Under the pieces are notes generated by a model. That model was not told the origin of the DNA and did no database searches. It saw only the letters and a program-made list of their open reading frames with translations. A stretch of DNA of 64,000 nucleotides from contig JBCBUK010000006.1 of the NCBI GenBank assembly GCA_039818205.1, forward strand, positions 96,001 through 160,000. The letters run 5' to 3'. The position numbers were made by a program, and so were the translations under genes. Positions 18,236 to 28,420 of the stretch are shown here, piece by piece (the first letter of the stretch is position 1; each line of letters opens with the position of its first letter). The DNA is from Verrucomicrobiota bacterium (lineage in GTDB: Bacteria; Verrucomicrobiota; Verrucomicrobiia; Opitutales; Cerasicoccaceae).

Positions 18236-18832
18236 TCAACCGTTGAGCCAATCCTTGAGTTCATCTTCGCCGGAGATGACGACGGCATCCGGACGCTTTA
18301 AGTTTTCGGGGAACCAAACAATATTGCGTCCACGATTGTCTCGGGCTGATGGAATGATGAGGCCTTCGAACTTCAAATCAAAACAAGCGCGTCCGATGGC
18401 TTGCGAGAGTGCCTCGCTGCCCATCTTGTTCGTCGCTTCCCAGTCCTCGCTCATCATCTCGTCGATGCTGGGAAGTCGTCCGCTGCCATCGAGGGGTTGG
18501 AGGTCGAGGCAACGGTCTAACTTCAACGTTAGCTCGACCAAGACGCGAGGTGAGCTGATGGGCTTTTTGATGCCGAAACGCCCGTAGGTTTGCTTGGCTT
18601 CCTTCAGGGCGAGGAAATCGGTGGTAGCTGCATAGCTGGCCGCAGTGTGCGCTTGGCGCATCCAGCGACTGCCAAAGCGCCGACTGCCTTCTCCAGATAT
18701 CAGGTGCTGAGGGCGCGCCCACCTAAGGCTGACACAGCGATAGGCTCGGTCATGCCAGCTCGTCATCAGCGAAGCGGATTCCGCGCTGATCGCACTTTTT
18801 AACGCCTGATATCTGGGATGGTTAGAAATCAT
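18236..18832 (-). CDS. RES-domain toxin (NAD+ phosphorylase family)
   Basis: AYRC, GSRW, YAA, LKEA, GLIIPSAR, NIVWFP motifs. Confidence 0.85.
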   Translation of the reverse strand: MISNHPRYQALKSAISAESASLMTSWHDRAYRCVSLRWARPQHLISGEGSRRFGSRWMRQAHTAASYAATTDFLALKEAKQTYGRFGIKKPISSPRVLVELTLKLDRCLDLQPLDGSGRLPSIDEMMSEDWEATNKMGSEALSQAIGRACFDLKFEGLIIPSARDNRGRNIVWFPENLKRPDAVVISGEDELKDWLNG

Positions 18833-18902
18833 TAAGAGGGCTTTTACGGCGCTCGGAGCTGTTGGTCAATGTGACTCTTATCAACCCGAGCGGCCGCAAA
18901 GC

Positions 18903-19604
18903 TTATCCTCCGTACTTCAATCGGACCATATCCTGAAATTGTCTTAATGTCTCTTCGTGTTGGACTCCGGAGAAGTCTAATCCGGTAAGGTAAAAATAGG
19001 TGCCGAAATACATCAGTGCCACCATCACGACGATGCCCCAGGCTTTTCGGAAATCGACTGCGTAATAAATAAACGATCCGATGGGGCCTCCGAGCAGGGT
19101 GACGAGGCACCAAGCCCAGTGCTTTTGAAACGAACGCACGAGGGTTCCGACACCTGCCGTTATGCCGCAGCCAAAAAAGAGGATGATTGCGGTAAAGAAA
19201 AAGCGATCGGCCATCTGCATGAACCACATCAGGCCAGTGATCGCAGCCAGACCCGCTAGGATATACATCTCGAAGGGCAGTGCTGGCAGGGTTATGCCCA
19301 GCGCTTTCCGCTTCCTCGTTTCGCGCTCAATTTTGTTGGCGATGTGGGGCGGACGCGTCCGGCGAACAACGACTGGGCGTGGACGCACGTTTTCAAACTC
19401 AGGAACGGCTTTGGCTTCTTGCCATGCATCCATGCCGTCGTACCAAATTTTTGTCTCCGGTTGGATGGTTCCCGTGCGAATGTGCAGGGCGAGTTCTGTT
19501 CCTGGAATTGGACCGTAGTTACGGCCTTCGAGCAGGTAGTACCAAATGCGCGCTTTCATGTCCGCAATTTGGTGCGGTGGAGAGATAGCTGATGTTTTCA
19601 TCAT
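18903..19604 (-). CDS. GYF_2 (DUF4339) domain membrane protein
   Basis: WYYLLEGRNYGP...IWYDGMDAWQEA..VPEF, then TM helices. Confidence 0.8.
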   Translation of the reverse strand: MMKTSAISPPHQIADMKARIWYYLLEGRNYGPIPGTELALHIRTGTIQPETKIWYDGMDAWQEAKAVPEFENVRPRPVVVRRTRPPHIANKIERETRKRKALGITLPALPFEMYILAGLAAITGLMWFMQMADRFFFTAIILFFGCGITAGVGTLVRSFQKHWAWCLVTLLGGPIGSFIYYAVDFRKAWGIVVMVALMYFGTYFYLTGLDFSGVQHEETLRQFQDMVRLKYGG

Positions 19605-19865
19605 TCGATTGGTTAGGATTCGTGGGAGAATTTCTGATCATTACTTTCGCTGTCCTATTGCCGTCCAAACGGGTATGCTCTTTCAATCGTTGGGAGCAAC
19701 AATTCTGGAAATGCGACTGCGGCGAACCTATCTAGTCGCACGTTGGCCGAGGGCCATTGATGCGATGTATCAATCTATCGCTTAGGATATATATCACACA
19801 CTAACCGGGTCGAAGGTCAATACTGACCACGGTTAATAACCTGTAAATCGTTGGCTATAAGGGCC

Positions 19866-21185
19866 TCAGGAACGGCGTTTGAGGAGTTCCGGGTGCTTCT
19901 TGACCAGAGATACGATCTCGGCGGGTGGGCGGCCATTTTGGTATAACTGGGCCATCAACTTCATCGCCGGATCAATGTGATTAAAAAACTTGAGGTAAGC
20001 GGCGCACAGATAGTTGAGCCCGTACTCACCATCGTTAGTCCAAGTAAACCGATGCTTCGGGCATTCGCCGTTGCAGGCAAAGCGTACGTCGCATTCGACG
20101 CATTGCTTGGGCAGAGTTGTTTTCTTCTCTTGGCCAAAGGTTTGCATTGCCTCGCTGTCAACGATGGCACCGAGCGATTGATTCAGCACATTACCGACTT
20201 TGTAGCGCGGGTAGACGTAGTGGTCGCAGGCATAAACATCGCCATTGTGTTCCATGGCCATGGCGCGCCCGCAAGTCTCGCTAAAGATGCACATGCCTCC
20301 GGGGATGTTGAGCCACTTGCCCAGTGCCATATCAATGATTTGGACAAAGGTTTTGCCGACATCTCGCGTGACCCAGCGATCAAAGACTGAGCAAAGAAAC
20401 GTTCCATACTTATGTGGGTCAACGCTCCATTCGGTCATGATTGGTGCACGCTTCTCTGGTGGAGGCTGGTCAAAGCGTGGCGGGTGGGCCAGCTGCAAAC
20501 CGATGTCTTTGGAATTTTTATCGGGTAGGCGCTCAACGATCGGGATAAACTGTAAGAAACCCGAACCGATGTTGCGAAGAAACTTATAGACTTCGAGTGG
20601 TTGGTCAACGTTGCCAGCGTGCACGCAGGTCAAGGTATTGAACTCTACTTTAAATTTCTTGCAGAGTTCGATTCCACGCATCACTTGCGAATAGGTGGAG
20701 CCACCTTTTTTATCGACGCGGTAGCGATTGTGCAGTTTTTCGGGACCATCGATACTGATGCCTAATAGGAAGTTTTCATCGTGCAGGAAACGGCACCAAT
20801 CTTCATCGAGTAAGGTGCCGTTAGTTTGCAGCGCATTTTCGATAACCCGACCCTGCGCATACTTCTTTTGTAGCTCGCGAACGCGCTGGAAAAACGTCAC
20901 CCCCATCAATGTGGGTTCACCGCCTTGCCAGGCGAAGGTAACGGTTTGTTCGGGTTGAGATTCGATGTACCCCTTGACGTAAGCTTCGAGCGCTTCATCG
21001 CTCATTCGGAAGCGTTCGTTGGCCGCAAAGAGATTTTCTTTTTCTAGGTAAAAACAATACTCACAATCAAGATTGCATAAGGGCCCAATGGGCTTGGTCA
21101 TCACATGGAATGGTGCCTGTGCAACCGAGGCAGCCGGCCCGGCGGTGAGATGGCTACTGCTGGGGCTGGCTGGGCTGCTGCTCAT
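19866..21185 (-). CDS. Anaerobic sulfatase maturase (radical SAM/SPASM)
   Basis: KPIGPLCNLDCEYCFY, FAWQGGEPTL, SIDGP, CDHYVY, CNGECPKHR; start re-called at ATG 21185. Confidence 0.93.
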   Translation of the reverse strand: MSSSPASPSSSHLTAGPAASVAQAPFHVMTKPIGPLCNLDCEYCFYLEKENLFAANERFRMSDEALEAYVKGYIESQPEQTVTFAWQGGEPTLMGVTFFQRVRELQKKYAQGRVIENALQTNGTLLDEDWCRFLHDENFLLGISIDGPEKLHNRYRVDKKGGSTYSQVMRGIELCKKFKVEFNTLTCVHAGNVDQPLEVYKFLRNIGSGFLQFIPIVERLPDKNSKDIGLQLAHPPRFDQPPPEKRAPIMTEWSVDPHKYGTFLCSVFDRWVTRDVGKTFVQIIDMALGKWLNIPGGMCIFSETCGRAMAMEHNGDVYACDHYVYPRYKVGNVLNQSLGAIVDSEAMQTFGQEKKTTLPKQCVECDVRFACNGECPKHRFTWTNDGEYGLNYLCAAYLKFFNHIDPAMKLMAQLYQNGRPPAEIVSLVKKHPELLKRRS

Positions 21186-24100
21186 TCGTTTGTTGCTGCT
21201 GCTGCTGTTGTTGGGCGCCTTGATTAAGAATGCCTTGGAGCAGGCCGCCAAATGCCCGAACAGCCTTTTGCTCGTCGTTCTGGGGCTCGGTCGTTTCTCC
21301 GTTCGCGTTGTTCGATGTTTCGTCGCCGCCCGTAACAATGCCGCTGGCGGAATGAGCGGCACCGCCGACAATGCCACCAACGATATTGGTCGCATTGCTA
21401 AGAAGCGCGTTGGCCAGGCTGGAATAGTAGTCCGGCTTGCTGAGCGTTCCTGTGATGGGAAACTTGAACCCGGCCTGGTAACCGTCACTATCCCGCTCAC
21501 TGCCAGCTAGCTTGAGTTCGTTCATGAGATCCGACTGTTTTCCTTTGGTCCAAAGCTGGGTTTGGATGACCATCGGTTGATCGGGGATCGGCACATTTTC
21601 TTGATAGGTAATCAAGCCCGTGCCCTTGAACTTGAGTTCGTTGCTTGGGCTGTAAAGTAGGAACTCTTTCAAGTTGATGTTTAAGTCTTTCTCGCGGAGC
21701 GCTTCAAAAGAGATCAATTCATATTTTATCTCTTCGCTAATCGCCTTGAGCAGTCCATTGACTGACTGCAGTCCGGGGTTGTCGTTGATGGCATTGACTC
21801 CAGCGAGTTGGGCGATGCTTCCCGCAAGCCCAAGCCCTGTTGAGGTCAAATTGGTAACCGCGCTTACTGGGGTGCCCTTGGAGCGAACCACACCAGGGCC
21901 GCCTTTGATATTCAGGTCGAACATTACCGTTTCGCTAATGCGACCGAGGCTTGGCGCCTCACCATTTGCGGCACCGTTGAATGTGAACTCACCGGTGACG
22001 GCGGAGTCCTTCGGATTGTTTGTGCTGGAAAGCAGGCTGCCGATCTCAAGCTTCTGCAAATCGATGCTTGAATCCAACAGGTACGGCTTCGGGTTTCCTG
22101 CGCGAAAATCGATAATGGCTTTTCCATTGATCGGCGCACCGTTGAGTTGGGCAGTAAGCGGCGTCAACCTTAGTGACTCGTCGGTGATGTTAAGCTGTGC
22201 GTCGAGCTGCTTGAGTTCATTGGATCCAAGATAAACGGTTTCAAATGCGAGAACGGCTTTACCCACTTGGCCATGCCAGGCGGCAACTTCGTCGGGCCCG
22301 TCGTTGGCCGAGCTCGCGGTTGTCGTTGGCGTTTGCTTGGTCGCCTTTGCGGGTTCGCTTTTTTGGTAGTTCGGATTCTTAAACGCCTTGGACAAAAACT
22401 GTAGGTCATCGACCGCTAAGGTTTGCCCAGTTAGGCTGACATCGAATTGATTGACGCCTTGGGTGCGGTCAAACTTCGTGACCATTGTGGCGTCGCTGTT
22501 GTGTTTGCTACCTTGAATTTTCAACGGACCCTGAATGTCGATCTTGTCGGCCCCATCGACGACACCTTTGATGCCAAGACTTGCGCTACGCAATTGATCA
22601 AAGGATTGTTTAAGCGTGAGGTTGCTCAAGGAGAGCGAGGAGTCGATCGCCATCCCAGAGCTATGCGGCTGAGCGCTGGCACTAAGGCTGTAGGAGCCAC
22701 CGGCTAGGCCGTGGTAAGGTTCCATGATTGGTTGGCTTTGAAGCTGAGCCAGGTCACCTTGAATGCGGAGCGTTGCTGTGGTGCTCTCAGCGGCATTATC
22801 CATGTTTGTTTTCACGTCAAGCTCACCCGCGAGCAAGGTCTTGCTCCCGTTGGTCATTTGAACGTTGGTCAATTGGACATCAACCTGTTTACCATTGATA
22901 GCCAGGTTGGGTTGGAGGTTGATGGTCACCGCCTGCAAGATGGGTTTGCCGTTTTGAACAACTGATAAATTGCCGAGTGACCACGGTGAACTAGAAGCCA
23001 GGGAAAAGGCATCGGTGCTGCTGGCACTAAGGGTCGCACTAGCGGAAATATCGTCTCCGCTCAGGTCGACATTGGGAACAAAGGGCGTGAGCCATTCAAT
23101 TGGCAGGTTGGCGAGCGAGATGGCTAGGAGTTCGCCTGAGGCGCCATCGAGTTTAATGCCACCATCGCCGGTCTTGATCGCAAACGGCTTCTTCAACACT
23201 ATTTCGACGAGCTTGCGTCCCCGGCTGGTTTCGAAATCCGCGGTTAGAGCGTCGAGCTTTGTTTGCCCGGGAGTCATCTCGGCCTTTAGTTTCGCATCCA
23301 ATGTTCCCGAGCCAATCGATGCGAGTTCGGGTTTCCAACTCGCCAGGTCGCGCAGCTCGAGTGCGAGACTCCCGCCGGCCACAATCTTTTCTTCGCTATT
23401 GTTCAGCGAAAACTCCTCGCTCATTGCCACAGTAAAATCGGGCAAGTCCGTATTCATCAGAAAGGGAGCGAGGTCGGCTCGGCTAAGCTTCGCTTTCAGG
23501 GTGCCTTCAATGCCGTCCTTGGCAGAGCTGTATTCGGCATTTATTGCTGCGATTTGCTTGTTATTGCTGCTAACCGTCAACTGGTAGACTTCGGAATCCG
23601 CCTTGTGCTCGGCGGTTGCGGCGAGCGACATTGCCGCTGGGCTGCTAAGCGTGCCACCACTTGCATTGATATCGGTGTTCAAGGTGATTCGGTCGAGGCG
23701 TTGCTCGGCAGTCTGATTCAAAGTCAGCACCGCTTTGATCGCGAGCAGCGCGGCGGCGGCATCCGGCGCTTGATTTTGAATCTGGCTCTCCAGTTCGATT
23801 TTTCCTTCTTGGCCAGGTGCGATCGAACCACCGGTCACCTTGAAGTCTTGCTCCATCTCGGGCAGTAACAGTTTTCCATCAACGGCCACGGTTCCGACGT
23901 AGACCTTGGCTGGAATTTCGGCGTTCTCAAAGATGCCTTTAAACTCGGGAAATCCACCGTCCTGCTTTTCTTTGGGAGCTTCGTCGGTGGACGGCGTCGC
24001 TGGCTTCCGGTTGCGCAGGTCGACTACCAATCCGCTGACTTTCAGGTCATCAATATGTACCTCCTTGGTGAAGACGAGGTCCCAAAGCGAATACTGCATA

Positions 24101-24336
24101 TCCAGGCTCCCCAACTCGATGATGGTTCCGTCCTGCGTCACGCTTAGTCCAGTAACGGTCACGTTTGAGGGACCCGCTTTCAAGGTATCGACTTCTACCT
24201 TTTCGGCCTTGTCTTCCATTACGCTGAGGAAGATCGACTTTTGCATGCCTGGACGGGTTACGGTTACCGCTGCGATTGCGAGCAGAACGGCAACGAGGAT
24301 GACAAGTATCAGCAGGTATTTGAAAAGTTTTTTCAT
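21154..24336 (-). CDS. AsmA-like envelope protein
   Basis: N-terminal TM anchor, long beta-rich body, FPITGTLSKPD near C-terminus; start MKKLFKY. Confidence 0.7.
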   Translation of the reverse strand: MKKLFKYLLILVILVAVLLAIAAVTVTRPGMQKSIFLSVMEDKAEKVEVDTLKAGPSNVTVTGLSVTQDGTIIELGSLDMQYSLWDLVFTKEVHIDDLKVSGLVVDLRNRKPATPSTDEAPKEKQDGGFPEFKGIFENAEIPAKVYVGTVAVDGKLLLPEMEQDFKVTGGSIAPGQEGKIELESQIQNQAPDAAAALLAIKAVLTLNQTAEQRLDRITLNTDINASGGTLSSPAAMSLAATAEHKADSEVYQLTVSSNNKQIAAINAEYSSAKDGIEGTLKAKLSRADLAPFLMNTDLPDFTVAMSEEFSLNNSEEKIVAGGSLALELRDLASWKPELASIGSGTLDAKLKAEMTPGQTKLDALTADFETSRGRKLVEIVLKKPFAIKTGDGGIKLDGASGELLAISLANLPIEWLTPFVPNVDLSGDDISASATLSASSTDAFSLASSSPWSLGNLSVVQNGKPILQAVTINLQPNLAINGKQVDVQLTNVQMTNGSKTLLAGELDVKTNMDNAAESTTATLRIQGDLAQLQSQPIMEPYHGLAGGSYSLSASAQPHSSGMAIDSSLSLSNLTLKQSFDQLRSASLGIKGVVDGADKIDIQGPLKIQGSKHNSDATMVTKFDRTQGVNQFDVSLTGQTLAVDDLQFLSKAFKNPNYQKSEPAKATKQTPTTTASSANDGPDEVAAWHGQVGKAVLAFETVYLGSNELKQLDAQLNITDESLRLTPLTAQLNGAPINGKAIIDFRAGNPKPYLLDSSIDLQKLEIGSLLSSTNNPKDSAVTGEFTFNGAANGEAPSLGRISETVMFDLNIKGGPGVVRSKGTPVSAVTNLTSTGLGLAGSIAQLAGVNAINDNPGLQSVNGLLKAISEEIKYELISFEALREKDLNINLKEFLLYSPSNELKFKGTGLITYQENVPIPDQPMVIQTQLWTKGKQSDLMNELKLAGSERDSDGYQAGFKFPITGTLSKPDYYSSLANALLSNATNIVGGIVGGAAHSASGIVTGGDETSNNANGETTEPQNDEQKAVRAFGGLLQGILNQGAQQQQQQQQTNEQQPSQPQQ

Positions 24337-24417
24337 GGGATGCTTGGTTGTGTGGTAGGCAAATACGGTAAGCGAGCTTAGCCGCCGAAACAAGCGAAAG
24401 CGGGGGAATTATATTCC

Positions 24418-25608
24418 CTACAGTCCCTGGTTGAAAAACCGCTGGAGTGCACCCTGGAGCAGCCCATTGCAGCGGGGCTGCTGGCGATCAGTGACGCCAG
24501 CCTCACGCAGGAACTGGAGAACGACCTCCGGACCATCGCCAATGAACCAATGGTGCCAGGTGCCAAATAGGTCTCGGTCGCTATCAACCGACAGGAGTGG
24601 CAGAAAGGCGTCAACGGTGAGGGTATCCAATCGTGGGCCTGAGACGGTGCCAGCAAATACGGTTTCAGCCAGCCCGTTTCGTCGTTGGGTAAATGCCAAG
24701 GCGCGTCGGGTTGACCCACTGGGTTCATCGGGATCCGCCTTCTCGGTCCAGCCATGGGACCATTCTTTCAGGGCCTCAGGCCAGTCGTGATTTGCCTGAA
24801 GGATTTGCGTGTATTGGTGAAGGCGCTTCCGCGGATGATTCGCAGGTCTTAAGCCGCTAAGTTTCCATTGTCCTGCAAGCGCGTCAAAGAGCTCATCGGG
24901 GTTGCTCTTGGCCATGTCCCGAATTGGAAAACGCTCCGCCAGTGCGTTCATTGGCGCGCGATTGCGTCGGTAGCCGAGCACCTCGAGCATAGCTTGGTGA
25001 CACGCTTCTCGCCAACCCAGGCGCTCCAAACGCTGTCGGGCATATGTTCGTTTTTGTTGCCAACGCCGGAAAGAGAGATCTCGCAGCTCCACATAGCGGG
25101 CTTCTGGCGACAGGCTCAGGTAGAATTCGAGGAGGTCCACGTGGTCTCGACGCTCCAGAGCGAGCAACGCATCGTCGGAGGCGTAGGATTCGAGATCGCG
25201 ATTGAGGTAGGGGAGCAGAACCAACGTCTCCGGGCGACTGCCCAGGGCGGTAAATGCCGGACGCGATTGATCCTCGAACACAACCACGTGCAAGACAACG
25301 CGGCCAAAGTTGGGATCGGCCTCGTGCTCATGATCGAACCAATCGTTGGGATAAAAGTGGATCTCGACATCGCCATCGACCCGCTCGCCGTCGATCTCCA
25401 ACACCGCATCGCGAAAGTCGGGACCTTCCTGTAAATTCCATTGGCCAGGACGGATCACCTGGATGGCGCGTCCGGACGTTGTGCGGAGCTGGTTCCGGGC
25501 GAAGTCCTGACGCAGCCAGATGCGTTGGACGACTCGCTCAGAAATGGTGATCGGTCCAAATTCTCCGGGGATCTCTGAAAGTTCACAACTGGGTAGCTTA
25601 GCGGTCAT
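24418..25608 (-). CDS. DUF2851 family protein
   Basis: PGQWNLQEGPDFRDA, GDVEIH, DWFDHEHEADPNF, VVLHVV. Confidence 0.85.
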   Translation of the reverse strand: MTAKLPSCELSEIPGEFGPITISERVVQRIWLRQDFARNQLRTTSGRAIQVIRPGQWNLQEGPDFRDAVLEIDGERVDGDVEIHFYPNDWFDHEHEADPNFGRVVLHVVVFEDQSRPAFTALGSRPETLVLLPYLNRDLESYASDDALLALERRDHVDLLEFYLSLSPEARYVELRDLSFRRWQQKRTYARQRLERLGWREACHQAMLEVLGYRRNRAPMNALAERFPIRDMAKSNPDELFDALAGQWKLSGLRPANHPRKRLHQYTQILQANHDWPEALKEWSHGWTEKADPDEPSGSTRRALAFTQRRNGLAETVFAGTVSGPRLDTLTVDAFLPLLSVDSDRDLFGTWHHWFIGDGPEVVLQFLREAGVTDRQQPRCNGLLQGALQRFFNQGL

Positions 25609-25728
25609 CGATATTGTGAATTGAATTGAGTTGGATGATTGATATCCATTGGCCGTGATTGAAAATACACAAGGCTCAATTTGGAATGCGAATTGCATTG
25701 GGTGAGCTGATTAATCAATAAACCGACT

Positions 25729-26892
25729 ATGGAAAACCTATCCGAAGAGTTCCTGGGCAACCAGATTTGGCGCTACCTAGCCGCCTTGGCCTGCATCTTT
25801 GTGGGATACCTTTGCGGGAAAATTGCCCAGTTTTTGTTATCTAAACTGAGTAAGAAGCGCATGGATCGCAAACCTGACTCGATGCGTGCGGTTTTCTACC
25901 AGGTTGTCAGCGAGGGTGCGTCAACGGTTATCCTGGCGATTTCGGTTCGCCCCGCGGTGGAGTTCATCGTCTTTCAGGGGAATATTGAGAACATTGCGGA
26001 TATGGCCGCGTCGATTCTCATCATCATGGCCTTTGCCTTGTTATCGCTCAAGTTGGTGGAGGTGCCGATGTTCGCAGTGCGCCGGCACGCCCAGCGCTCC
26101 GACACCCGGATTGACCCAATGCTGGTGCCGCTGATCGGGCGCACCTTGCGCGTGGTGATCTTGATCTACGCCATCTTGCAGACATTCCAGATCATCAGCG
26201 GTAAAGACATGACTACGATCCTGGCCGGATTGGGCATTGCCAGTCTGGCCTTTGGCTTGGCTGCGCAGGAGAGCATTGGCAATTTGTTTGGCGCGATATT
26301 CCTGTTCACGAACAAGCCGTTCGAAATCGGAGAACGCTGTAACATCGACGGGCACGACGGGGTCATCAAAGAGATGGGGCTCACCTGCACGCGAATGGAA
26401 CGCCTTGACGGACATTTGGTAACCATTCCCAATGGCCAACTTTACAAGAAGACGATCCACAATATCGGTCGGCGGCCGTTCATCCGGCGGATCATGCATG
26501 TGACGATCACCTATGACACGAAGCCGGAAAAAATTGATGAGGCCGTAAATATTCTGCGGGACCTCATGGCTTACCGCGAGGACGACCCAGAAACAGCCCT
26601 GAATAAGTCCATCAACCAGGGCGATTTGCTTCCGCGGGTATATTTTAATGAGTTCAATGCCGATTCGCTGAACATCATCTGCATCTATTGGTTTCAGCCG
26701 CCAGCCTACTGGGACTATCTTGAGCATAGCCAGTGGTTGAACATTCGCATTATTCGTGCCTTCAACGAGGCCGGCATCGATTTTGCGTTCCCATCGCAAA
26801 CCGTATACCTCGCCGGCGATGAGCGGCGCCCGATCAATCTACCCGGTCTCGAGAATTTGCCGTCTGACCCGAGCGGACTGCCTAAAGGCTAA
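25729..26892 (+). CDS. Small-conductance mechanosensitive channel (MscS family)
   Basis: LAFGLAAQE, KPFEIGE, VTIPN, GIDFAFPSQT. Confidence 0.92.
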   Translation: MENLSEEFLGNQIWRYLAALACIFVGYLCGKIAQFLLSKLSKKRMDRKPDSMRAVFYQVVSEGASTVILAISVRPAVEFIVFQGNIENIADMAASILIIMAFALLSLKLVEVPMFAVRRHAQRSDTRIDPMLVPLIGRTLRVVILIYAILQTFQIISGKDMTTILAGLGIASLAFGLAAQESIGNLFGAIFLFTNKPFEIGERCNIDGHDGVIKEMGLTCTRMERLDGHLVTIPNGQLYKKTIHNIGRRPFIRRIMHVTITYDTKPEKIDEAVNILRDLMAYREDDPETALNKSINQGDLLPRVYFNEFNADSLNIICIYWFQPPAYWDYLEHSQWLNIRIIRAFNEAGIDFAFPSQTVYLAGDERRPINLPGLENLPSDPSGLPKG

Positions 26893-26908
26893 GTCGAAGC
26901 GGTTTAAT

Positions 26909-26988
26909 CTAGATGCAAACAAGTTGCATTTAGGCCTTGCTTGTGGTTAGAGTCGCTTTAGAAATTAATGCAAATGAATTGCAATAAT
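26909..26988. promoter_or_regulatory. Two Fur/Zur-like palindromic operators
   Basis: CTAGATGCAA-N5-TTGCATTTAG (26909-26933) and ATTAATGCAA-N5-TTGCAATAAT (26964-26988). Confidence 0.6.
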
Positions 26989-27681
26989 CGTCAGTCGGCC
27001 TTCACCTTGATCGAGCTTCTTTCGGTCATTGCTGTGGTGTCGGTCCTGTTTGCGATTAGTGCAGCGGTGTACGGGCAGGCGCGCCAGAAAGCGGAGGAGG
27101 CGACCTGTGCTTCTAATATGCGCCAGCTTGGTCAGGCGATGCATCTCCATGCAAACGAGCATGCGGGCGAGTTTCCGTTGACGATGCACACGCTCCAGGA
27201 TGTCAAACAAAGCTGGATTTATACACTGGAAGAATATTTGGGGGACATCGATCAGATCCGCATTTGCCCAGCCGACCCGCAAGGCGAGGAGCGGATGGAG
27301 CGCAAGCTGACGAGCTATGTTCTCAACGAGTACCTTTTCGTCCCAGCCGTCGATCCATTTGGCCAGCCGATTGGGAACAGTTACAGCAATCTGTTCACAC
27401 TTGCCCATCCGTCAAAAACTCAGATGGCCTACATCATCAGTGACAATAGTTCCCTGGGTGTGAGCTCAGACCACACGCACTCACGTAGTTGGTCGAGCTG
27501 GTCAAACGTGATGCGGGATATCCAGCCGAACCGTTTTTCCGCCAGCGTGCCGAGTGGCGACGGCATGAATGGCAGTGCGAATTATTTATATGCCGATGGG
27601 CACGTTGAATCAATGACTGCCCAGGAATTTCGGGACCAATTTAGTGGCGGAATCAACCCCGCTGATCCAGCACAATTATAA
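26968..27681 (+). CDS. Prepilin-type N-terminal cleavage / H-X9-DG-type pseudopilin
   Basis: AFTLIELLSVIAVV, CASNMRQLG, CPAD, SYVLN, ANYLYADGHV. Confidence 0.9.
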   Translation: MQMNCNNRQSAFTLIELLSVIAVVSVLFAISAAVYGQARQKAEEATCASNMRQLGQAMHLHANEHAGEFPLTMHTLQDVKQSWIYTLEEYLGDIDQIRICPADPQGEERMERKLTSYVLNEYLFVPAVDPFGQPIGNSYSNLFTLAHPSKTQMAYIISDNSSLGVSSDHTHSRSWSSWSNVMRDIQPNRFSASVPSGDGMNGSANYLYADGHVESMTAQEFRDQFSGGINPADPAQL

Positions 27682-27689
27682 CTATTAGG

Positions 27690-28403
27690 ATGATGAAAGC
27701 AAAATACTACGTAATAACTATGATTGGCGCCCTGGCGCTTCACCCCGCAAGCGCTGCACTGGAAGTACTCAGCAGCGATCACGCGGACCTCGGCGTCGGC
27801 TTCGATGGGGGCGACTGGGAACTGTTCGTTGGGCTCGACGATGAGAACGATCCAAATGCGCACATCGAGCGCGAACCCGATGAGGTCATCATTTTCGGAG
27901 ACGATAGCATTCAAGAGATCTCGGGCCAGGGAAGCTTCACCTTCTTGGGCAATGCCGGTCAACCGGTTTGGATTTTCCCACAGACCGAGAACCCAAGCGC
28001 GGTATTTCTTGGCATCGACACCGATGAAGTTGCAGCAGCCGACTTTACCGGACCAATCGACCTGACCTTGACCGGCATTACGGGTCCTGGTGACTTCGTC
28101 CTGTTTCAGTTTGATCAGTTTTTGAACCCGACGGTTCTGCTGGATTCGGCAAATGGTATCAATTCCCTCTCGGTGCCTTTGGAGTCTCATGGCCACTACA
28201 ACTGGGCATTCACCGCAGAAGGTCTTTACCAGTTGGAATTCATGGCTTCGGGCATCTTAAACGATGGATTCGACACCGCGTCCATGAGCGATGCCACCGC
28301 CTTTAACTTTGGAATTAATCAGGTGCCGGAGCCCTCGACCTATGCGCTGCTTTTCGGCGCGGCTGTTCTAGGCTTCGTTATTGCGCGTCGTCGCAAGCTC
28401 TAG
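27690..28403 (+). CDS. Choice-of-anchor M (actinobacterial surface-anchored type) domain PEP-CTERM protein
   Basis: Signal peptide; HADLG, FLG..GQPVWIFPQ, GPGDF, HGHYNWAFTAEGLY; VPEPSTYALL...RRRKL. Confidence 0.8.
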   Translation: MMKAKYYVITMIGALALHPASAALEVLSSDHADLGVGFDGGDWELFVGLDDENDPNAHIEREPDEVIIFGDDSIQEISGQGSFTFLGNAGQPVWIFPQTENPSAVFLGIDTDEVAAADFTGPIDLTLTGITGPGDFVLFQFDQFLNPTVLLDSANGINSLSVPLESHGHYNWAFTAEGLYQLEFMASGILNDGFDTASMSDATAFNFGINQVPEPSTYALLFGAAVLGFVIARRRKL

Positions 28404-28420
28404 GGTGAGTTGAGATGACG

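Noticed and set aside
21186..21500. N-terminal extension of the maturase ORF in the track
   Set aside because: Overlaps the AsmA-like gene in another frame; homology begins after ATG 21185
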